This document shows, piece by piece, positions 48,453 through 56,178 of a DNA stretch of 64,000 bases (positions are counted from its first letter, which is position 1; the number at the start of each line of letters is the position of its first letter). The translations under genes and the position numbers were made by a program. The stretch is from a virus. Under the pieces are notes generated by a model. The model was not told the DNA's origin, did no database searches, and saw only the letters and a program-made list of their open reading frames with translations. The DNA is taken from positions 1 to 64,000 of IMG/VR virus record IMGVR_UViG_3300045988_121141. One strand, given 5' to 3'.

Positions 48453-51400
48453 AAATTTTCTGCAAAAAATCGTTCAACTTACTAAACTTGTCATTCATAT
48501 TGGGCGTGATATTTATTCCTCTCATATACGGATCCCTCATCTGATCAAGACGTTCTTGAACAGCCTCCTTCACGTATTTTACAAAGAAGTACTGAGGACA
48601 CTTCTGGTGAATGCTATTCCAGTAATCCGCATACTCATCATTACCTGGATCCAAAGGAACAAAATCCGAGAACAACAATGCAGGATTTTTAGAATTTTTA
48701 GTCCTTTTGTCATAGAAATTGACCGCTACCTCTCTCGAACCCCTGTCATCCATTCCTTCCAACTGAACTGATATGTTATCAGACATGTCAATAAAATTAT
48801 CAACAAGGGTTTTAACAACATTCATTTCTTCTGGCTTAAGGTAAGAACCATGAACCTTTACTATATCATAAAGATCATTCTTGACATCAGCCTTAGAAGC
48901 CAAACGGGGAAGACCATTACGTATGAGATACTTATCATAAGAATAGCCTTCCTTCTTTCCGGTATCTACAAAATCACAAGTTCCAAAACTTGATTTGTAA
49001 CCATCTACTGGATAATTGCGCTCCTCAACCGAAGGATCTATACCTGCCTTAAGAAGCTCATCATTTGTGATCTCTACCCTTTCTGTAACATAAGAGTTTT
49101 TACCAGACCCTACTTGAGCAGTCAAGAATCTTCTAACAGTGCCATTATCTATCTCGGCGTCCATATTGATGGTATTAATAGCAGTAGGATCCAGATTATT
49201 TACCTTTCCTGCCATGTAACCAGACAATCTTCTAAACTGAGCCTTCTGCAAAGACTTTTCCGGTGAATCGGCATTCCAATTGTATCTTTTGTAAGAATCA
49301 AGGTAATGATACTGAGATAACTTATCAGAAATCTGATCAGGAGATACAGACATTTTTATCTCATCCTGCATCTGACCTGCTATCATATCAGACACTCTAC
49401 TGTTTTTCTCAGCATATCTTAGCTGGGTAATAGTTAATGGTTCACCTTCCTGATAATCTTTTAAATCTATATCACCATCCTTATCTATGGTCATATAATC
49501 TGATATATTAAAATCAGGATCGCCGTTGAGTTTCTTCATTCCATTAATAAGAGCCAACGTACCAGTAGAAGAACCATTATTCTCGCTTGTAATAGCATCA
49601 GATATGTTTTTCCCCAACTTGCCGGCACTCGCCTTAGCTCCTAATGACGGAGATATAGCACTAAGAATATCTATTCCTCTTGAAGGGTCCATCATGTATT
49701 CTCTGAACCCTACGGCATCAGATACACCAGTTGTTATGGCTGTGGCGAGCAGGAAGGCTCCAGCCTTATCATCTGTATCGGTAAGATTTATAAAAGAATT
49801 TCCTTTCATAAACTTAGCATTACGAACTTTACTGATAATATCCTTATTTTTTTTAGTAACTATATTATCTATTTGATAATCAGTTATGTTATTTATAGCC
49901 TTTGTAGCTCCATTTGCCTTAGAATCAGAAAGAAGTAAAGCATCATAAGCTTCAGACAATCTGTTATTTCCTTGTCCAAAATATCCGTTTTTCTGACCTC
50001 CATTATTTTTTAAATAAGAATATATCCGTTCTTCAGGAGTCATATTAGCATACAATCCTGGGTCAGTTTTTTCTTCTTCGTATGATGCTGCAACGATATT
50101 ACTTCTGTCTGTAGGAGATAATGAATTATATAATTTCAATAAATTTGCTTTACGATCTGTAGAATGAGATTTAAGTAACTCGTAAGGAATATTGGCCAAA
50201 TTAACAGATCCCGTCTTACCTGTTCCAGAGTTAATAGCCGTAGGCCCGTCCATAGGAGCCATCGGTACTCTCATGCCGCCTGCGCCTGTTGTGCCTGCGG
50301 ATGAGCTTTCAGTTCCCATCTTGGAGCCGTAAGTGCGCATGTACTCGGTTTCAATCTTAGCCTGTGCAAGTTGCTCTTTTGCCAACGATATTTCAACCAT
50401 AGACTTAGCATTATCAGTCAAAAACTTTTGCTGAGCCCTATCCTCTGCCAACCTTGCAAAATAAAGATCATCTTTCTTCCTTTCAAAACTTGTATTGTCG
50501 TATCTCCATGCATCAGTCATCTTATCGAAAAGATTATTGGTAACAACAAAATTAGCAGCCGCTACCGGATCTGATGAAGCTATTATCATATCTGCCTCCC
50601 TCTTGGCTTCTGCTTTCTGATTTTTAGCTTCCTGTATCTGACTGTCAATACGATCAATAATATCCTTATTATCCCCTACTGATTTCTTTTTTGCTTCCAA
50701 TGCTCCTATGTGCCTATCGTATCTTTCGACATAAGACCCAATGTATTGACTAACCAAATCCGGATTACTGAACACCGGATTGGTAGCTGCCATGTATGAT
50801 GCTTCTATTCTCATCTGATTCCTCATGTTTTCAGATAAGTTAGCAGACACAAAATTCCTTATCTGGGAATCAGTAAGCTCATCTACGTTGACTTCTATGA
50901 TTCCACCAGTAGGATTACCTTTAACATCATATTCTGTTGTCTGAATCTTCTTGCCTTCGTTGTTTTTCCTAAAATCACTGACCAGCTTATTTATCTCCTT
51001 AGTATAATCGACATAAGGAGAATAATGAAGACCTCCCAACCTTGATCCTGCTTTACCATCTGACCTCCATTTGTAATAAGGGTCCAAAGCATGCCATTCA
51101 TTAATAGGAGAATAAAGTTCAGGATGATTCTGTTTTATAGATTCTATTTCCTTCATAACCCTCTTGCCTTCTTTTGTGCCGGCAATCGCGTTAATGACCG
51201 TATCATCTAACACCGAACTTATCTCTCCTTGTATGGCTCTCGTAACACCATCAGAAGAAAGATCCACGCCTTTGAATTTTTGATTGATGTTAGCAATCAC
51301 ACCTGACATCTTATCTTCCATATAAGCGCGGGCTTCAGGCTTATCTATCTCTTGACCCATAAGATAATCTACCTGGGTATAGATCTTTTCACGAGCAGCA

Positions 51401-51504
51401 TCAACCTTCTGCTGTTTGTACATCATGACGTCCTTAACAAGATCTATGTTGTAAGGACTAACATACGGGGCATATTGCCTTAAAATACTATACTGTGAAG
51501 CCAC
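48445..51504 (-). CDS. large virion protein (1019 aa); contains DKDGD motif
   Basis: Long ORF overlapping neighbours by a few nt. Confidence 0.8.
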   Translation of the reverse strand: MASQYSILRQYAPYVSPYNIDLVKDVMMYKQQKVDAAREKIYTQVDYLMGQEIDKPEARAYMEDKMSGVIANINQKFKGVDLSSDGVTRAIQGEISSVLDDTVINAIAGTKEGKRVMKEIESIKQNHPELYSPINEWHALDPYYKWRSDGKAGSRLGGLHYSPYVDYTKEINKLVSDFRKNNEGKKIQTTEYDVKGNPTGGIIEVNVDELTDSQIRNFVSANLSENMRNQMRIEASYMAATNPVFSNPDLVSQYIGSYVERYDRHIGALEAKKKSVGDNKDIIDRIDSQIQEAKNQKAEAKREADMIIASSDPVAAANFVVTNNLFDKMTDAWRYDNTSFERKKDDLYFARLAEDRAQQKFLTDNAKSMVEISLAKEQLAQAKIETEYMRTYGSKMGTESSSAGTTGAGGMRVPMAPMDGPTAINSGTGKTGSVNLANIPYELLKSHSTDRKANLLKLYNSLSPTDRSNIVAASYEEEKTDPGLYANMTPEERIYSYLKNNGGQKNGYFGQGNNRLSEAYDALLLSDSKANGATKAINNITDYQIDNIVTKKNKDIISKVRNAKFMKGNSFINLTDTDDKAGAFLLATAITTGVSDAVGFREYMMDPSRGIDILSAISPSLGAKASAGKLGKNISDAITSENNGSSTGTLALINGMKKLNGDPDFNISDYMTIDKDGDIDLKDYQEGEPLTITQLRYAEKNSRVSDMIAGQMQDEIKMSVSPDQISDKLSQYHYLDSYKRYNWNADSPEKSLQKAQFRRLSGYMAGKVNNLDPTAINTINMDAEIDNGTVRRFLTAQVGSGKNSYVTERVEITNDELLKAGIDPSVEERNYPVDGYKSSFGTCDFVDTGKKEGYSYDKYLIRNGLPRLASKADVKNDLYDIVKVHGSYLKPEEMNVVKTLVDNFIDMSDNISVQLEGMDDRGSREVAVNFYDKRTKNSKNPALLFSDFVPLDPGNDEYADYWNSIHQKCPQYFFVKYVKEAVQERLDQMRDPYMRGINITPNMNDKFSKLNDFLQKIYG

Positions 51505-54350
51505 TATTTGGTCCTCCTTCTTCTTTTAATTTCATCATCTTCTTCATTTAAACTTCTCAAGTAAGGTGTGGAATAATCACCCATATTCATCACATCCTGA
51601 TTACCTTGAACGTAAATAATTTGACCACTTGGAAGCATTCTCATATTTGGAGCTATGGAAGCTATGGTATTCAACGATGTACGAACATTGAACTTATTCT
51701 GTATCTCGCTGTTTATACTATCATAATAACGAGCAAGATTTTCATCCCTTATAGCCATAGCCTTCAATAATCCAGATTCATAACGTTGCCTTTCCGCTAT
51801 GTTCTTATCGTCTGTCTGAACATAAGCCATTTCATTGAATCTATCAGCTTCGTTTATTTGCCTTGCGTTATTGAAATTTACTTCGTTAATGTACTTGGCT
51901 ATATTGCTTCCGGCTATGGCGTTCATATTAGCCAGAATAGCGGAGCGCTGGGAGTCGGGCACGTCACCTACTGCGTCCAACTGAGCCGATGTCGCGCGGT
52001 TGAGCTCGTTGATATACTGATCAGCAGATTGCAGAACAGGATCTATTCTCGGAGCCTGATGCCTTTCCAATCCCTCTATCTCTAATCCGGTATCAAGCAT
52101 CCTCAACATCTCAGGGAATATAGGACCTGATAAAGCAGGATTGACACCTTTTCTTCCTTTTGTATCATCTTCTTCCTCAGCTTCCGTTTCTACAGTAGTA
52201 TTAATAACAGGATTTTCTTTCTTCACTTCTATCCTGCCTGGAGAACCTGGGTTGGGAGATTTAGCGCCGGTTCCTACAGGTTTAGCTTCTATAGGTTTTG
52301 ATGCCGGATTTACGGCTTCTAAAACAAAGTCTGTTTCTAACATCAAACCGCTATCTTTTAAAGCAGCAAACTTATTATAATCGGCACCCAGAATCTTCTT
52401 AGCTGCATCAGATTTATCACCAAATAAGTCAACATAATTCTTTATCCCTTTTTCGTTCAACAATCTCTTTTGTTCAGGAGTAACTACATCCAATCCATAA
52501 AATGATCTGGTTGCCGTAGTTTGCCCAAATTTGTCATCTACGGCAAATGAGTTATATGCCGATTTACTTCCTTGGTCGTACTTACCAGCATCTTCTCCCC
52601 AAAATCCGTATTCGTCTCTAAATTTCTTGGCTTTTTCGGCATTGGCTATAGCACCTGATTCTGCCAAAGCCCATAGGTTGTTTAGTTGGCTATTGTATCC
52701 AGTCTGGAATCCTTCTGTATTAAAATCTCCATCCGTATTGTATTTATTAGCCCAACGGTTAATATCAAGCAAATTAGAAATAGCTTTGTTGTTTACCCTA
52801 CCATAACCGGAACTGCTTCTGTGTTGCAGATTTTGATTAGAATTTACACCAGAATCAGGATTAAGGATCTGCTCTCTGTCTGCAACATCTACTATAGACA
52901 TATTAAGAGCACGTCCAAACTGCTTCATTAAAAGCTGCTGTACTTTCTTACCCCACTCTATTTGCTCTTTGGTAGGGCCGCCTTCAGCCATTTTCCTAAC
53001 TCTCTTTACATACTCATCGTATATCCAATTTTTAGCATCAGATTCAGATACGTTAAGAGCCTTAGCCTGCTTTCTTACGGCATTTAAATCAACCTTTCCG
53101 CCATCTCTAAAGAAAGCATCTATCTTTTCTTGGCGCTTGGATTCCTCTTGTTTGTTATAGACAATATCAGCAAAAGACCTGAATTGCACCTCAAGTTCGT
53201 CTATTTCCTTTTGATTATCATTTACGTACTTGGAAAGAATAGACTTATTCAACTCAGAAGTATTTTTATCCTTAACATCCTTATTCTTTTCCAGCCTCTT
53301 GAAAACACGTTCCTGATCATCATACTTTTCGGACAATCCTATTTTTTTCTTGTACCTATCAAGAAGCGTAGCATATGTATCTTTTTCCGTAGCTCTAATG
53401 CCATAATTTTCCCTTACGTAAGAAGCAAAATCATCATCAATAGTACGGTAATCTGAAATAATATGAGCTTCTGGCAAATCAACGGGAGTGCCGCCGTCTT
53501 CATGCCTGTTACCTTTTGCCTCCATAGGACCAACATCATCCGGAGTCGAAACATATTCTCCTTTTTCTATCTCAACATTAGCATTATCCTCCATAGATTT
53601 AGGAAGAGGGTAAATGTATTCTCCTGTCAAATCGGAAGAATCTATTCTCTGTCCATTTCCGAGGTTAACACCACCGCCTTCACGTTCCCATCGGATAAAC
53701 TGCTGCCGGCGCTCTTTTTCGAGCTTTTCCCTCGCCGCCTGCTCGTCTCTGCTGGCTGCATACGCAGCAGATGAAGCTCCCATGATATTACGAGTAAGAC
53801 CTAATCCTAAACTAACACCGGACAAGGCAGCTTGAGCCACATTAGCACCGACCTTATTACCGGCTCTTATCCGACCAAGACTTGTACCGAACATTTGAGC
53901 TCTGCCGGTTAGATCAGGTGAATAATATGGGGTAGTCATAGGATCAAGAGGATTACCATCTTGGGAACGTTTTTCTTTAGAGGAATCAGCATCAACACCA
54001 CCTAAATTCATTGCATTATCAACGACTGATTTCTCTACGTTTTTAACCATGCCCCTATTATCAGCGAGATATCCTGCATATCCTGCATCATGATTTTCAA
54101 AAAACGGATCGGATGTAGGCATACTACTAAATGGATTTATCTCCCCCTCCTCTGTTTCTAAAGTCACATCAGAAGGCATATATATATTCTGAATATCAGA
54201 TTCACCCCATTTATTAACAGGCGTTCCATAATCAAGAATAGGCTGAGTAGAGGATACATTAATATCCTGTCTCTTATCCTGAACACTACCGCCAGGAGCG
54301 AATATCGGACGATTTTTTATGATTCGTAATCTCATACTATCTTTTTTCAC
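51504..54350 (-). CDS. large virion protein (948 aa)
   Basis: Long ORF. Confidence 0.75.
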   Translation of the reverse strand: MKKDSMRLRIIKNRPIFAPGGSVQDKRQDINVSSTQPILDYGTPVNKWGESDIQNIYMPSDVTLETEEGEINPFSSMPTSDPFFENHDAGYAGYLADNRGMVKNVEKSVVDNAMNLGGVDADSSKEKRSQDGNPLDPMTTPYYSPDLTGRAQMFGTSLGRIRAGNKVGANVAQAALSGVSLGLGLTRNIMGASSAAYAASRDEQAAREKLEKERRQQFIRWEREGGGVNLGNGQRIDSSDLTGEYIYPLPKSMEDNANVEIEKGEYVSTPDDVGPMEAKGNRHEDGGTPVDLPEAHIISDYRTIDDDFASYVRENYGIRATEKDTYATLLDRYKKKIGLSEKYDDQERVFKRLEKNKDVKDKNTSELNKSILSKYVNDNQKEIDELEVQFRSFADIVYNKQEESKRQEKIDAFFRDGGKVDLNAVRKQAKALNVSESDAKNWIYDEYVKRVRKMAEGGPTKEQIEWGKKVQQLLMKQFGRALNMSIVDVADREQILNPDSGVNSNQNLQHRSSSGYGRVNNKAISNLLDINRWANKYNTDGDFNTEGFQTGYNSQLNNLWALAESGAIANAEKAKKFRDEYGFWGEDAGKYDQGSKSAYNSFAVDDKFGQTTATRSFYGLDVVTPEQKRLLNEKGIKNYVDLFGDKSDAAKKILGADYNKFAALKDSGLMLETDFVLEAVNPASKPIEAKPVGTGAKSPNPGSPGRIEVKKENPVINTTVETEAEEEDDTKGRKGVNPALSGPIFPEMLRMLDTGLEIEGLERHQAPRIDPVLQSADQYINELNRATSAQLDAVGDVPDSQRSAILANMNAIAGSNIAKYINEVNFNNARQINEADRFNEMAYVQTDDKNIAERQRYESGLLKAMAIRDENLARYYDSINSEIQNKFNVRTSLNTIASIAPNMRMLPSGQIIYVQGNQDVMNMGDYSTPYLRSLNEEDDEIKRRRRTK

Positions 54351-54403
54351 AAAGATAAGAGAAACGAACGAGAAAATCCAACGTTATGGGATACGTTTAA
54401 AAA

Positions 54404-55423
54404 TCAATCATGTACGGCAGACAAACCGCCCGAATCAGGGTCGTACTTAAGACCGCATGCCCGGCGATAGTTCTTAAGCGCTCTCTTGTACAAAAACAGC
54501 ACTGTCTTGGAAACTATTTTCTTCATAGATTTGGTTAAAACCTCTTCTGTTGAAACAGACATCAGACAGCTATTCAAAAACGACCTGACATTGGAACCGA
54601 ACAAGATCTTCACCATTTTTCTAAACGTTCTAAAAAGATATGATGCAGAAAGAGACTTTAACCCATTGCGAACCAGTCTCTTATTCAAATACGAAACAGC
54701 CTTTTCAGATAGACAGAGCCTATTCTTTCCTTCGCTATCTACCTCTGATGAAAACCACGAATATAAAGTGGTAGGATGTTTCTTAAGGTGATTGATGAAG
54801 GAAGTCATTATCCCTTCTTTTAAGGCCCTTTTGTGGGCTACGCATGCAGCAATCTTCTCTTCTCTTTTTAAAGAGCTGTCAAGGCATCTAAACACCGTCC
54901 TATCGTCTCCGATGAAATACTGAGGACGTTCTTCCTTGAACTTAGCCCGATAAGCGGCATATCCTTCCTTACGAAGCATATCTATCTGAGACCGGATATA
55001 GAACCTTACACACTTTTCTTCAGCTTCTTGCACGCTTTTAAGATAAGGAACTGACTTTCTCCCATATCGAAGATAATCATAAACCATAGCCTCAATAAAG
55101 TCATTGTACGGAAAGAATCTTCCAAATCCAAAGTTCCAAACTATGAAACATCGCACTCTATCTTTCCAGTAATCAGATATGAGAAAATTACTACAATATC
55201 TCAACTTCCTGTTTTTCTGATAGAAATGATGAGTATGTTTGTCATAAAATAGATTAAAATATCTCAAATTGCCTAAACACTGACCGGCTGGACGGCGTAC
55301 TACATTGTACCCTAAGTTGCTGAAGCTATTGTATATAACTTCTATCGGAGAGACCTGCTCTTTCTTGAAGAGCTTGTCGTGTAACTTGTGAGGATTCATT
55401 ATTTCAGTTATTTTTGTCTCCAT
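54404..55423 (-). CDS. basic hypothetical protein (339 aa), apparently an independent transcription unit
   Basis: ORF; TATATTTG -7-like box about 21 nt upstream; hairpin further upstream. Confidence 0.55.
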   Translation of the reverse strand: METKITEIMNPHKLHDKLFKKEQVSPIEVIYNSFSNLGYNVVRRPAGQCLGNLRYFNLFYDKHTHHFYQKNRKLRYCSNFLISDYWKDRVRCFIVWNFGFGRFFPYNDFIEAMVYDYLRYGRKSVPYLKSVQEAEEKCVRFYIRSQIDMLRKEGYAAYRAKFKEERPQYFIGDDRTVFRCLDSSLKREEKIAACVAHKRALKEGIMTSFINHLKKHPTTLYSWFSSEVDSEGKNRLCLSEKAVSYLNKRLVRNGLKSLSASYLFRTFRKMVKILFGSNVRSFLNSCLMSVSTEEVLTKSMKKIVSKTVLFLYKRALKNYRRACGLKYDPDSGGLSAVHD

Positions 55424-55443
55424 ATTGTTTTTGTTGTTTAGTG

Positions 55444-55451
55444 CAAATATA
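55444..55451 (-). promoter_or_regulatory. Bacteroidota-type -7 box TAtaTTTG
   Basis: Exact TAnnTTTG match about 21 nt upstream of ATG at 55423. Confidence 0.35.
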
Positions 55452-55482
55452 TGATTTTATATAAAAAGAAGAAAATGCACTG

Positions 55483-55528
55483 CCTTGTATCCGGTTTGAG
55501 AGAAATAGGATACAAGGTTTTTTGTTTT
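55483..55528. terminator. hairpin ccttgtatcc..ggatacaagg with TTTTTTGTTTT on plus side
   Basis: 10-bp stem, 15-nt loop; T-run on plus strand, weaker U-rich on minus. Confidence 0.4.
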
Positions 55529-55740
55529 ATGACGGTTTGGATAAGAGACGGGAAAACGACTCTGAACGTAACCGTCTGACCGTCAGGAGTGGGACAACAA
55601 ATCTTGAATTAAAACTACGCCTATAAATAGTCTCCGTTTTCCTTAATATTAAGACCATTTTTAATGATCTTACTCATTATATTATTTATATTATTTTATA
55701 TACTTTACCATTTATTCATATAATTGTTTGCAGTGAATGA

Positions 55741-55915
55741 ACTTAACGACCGAAGGGAGTTAAGTGAGTGAACGGATTGACAAATTACTTTTTTCGTCTA
55801 TTGTATTGTTTGCCTAATTGTGTTAAAAGATTGAGTATCGTGACCGAAGGGAACGATGCGAAAAAATTTATAATATTTAAAAACGACTGAACCTATCGAC
55901 TGAAGGGAGATAGGT
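55741..55915 (-). ncRNA. three hairpins with conserved 11-nt loop GAC(C/T)GAAGGGA and covarying stems (candidate structured RNA or protein-binding sites)
   Basis: 55741-55765 acttaac/gttaagt; 55845-55869 (g)tatcgt/acgat(gc); 55891-55915 acctatc/gataggt; loops identical except one C/T; on minus strand the loop contains CUUCGG. Confidence 0.45.
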
Positions 55916-56178
55916 GATGGAGTGACGTTAATAATTATATTAGGTAGCCAGTGGAGAATTAGGCAGGCTGGTAGGCGAGACGGGCGTCCATGCCTGTCAG
56001 GACAGTGGAAGTACGTAGGTCTGTTCTGTTAAACAAAGGCGATGATAGTTCCATCCTTCACGAAATCGCACAGAAAAGCCGGATTATCTTGATGACGTTC
56101 TTCAACCTTCGGTATCCGTGTAACGAGTCTCAAATCCGGCTTCGCTTTATTAATATGAGGAAATAAAATAATATTGTT

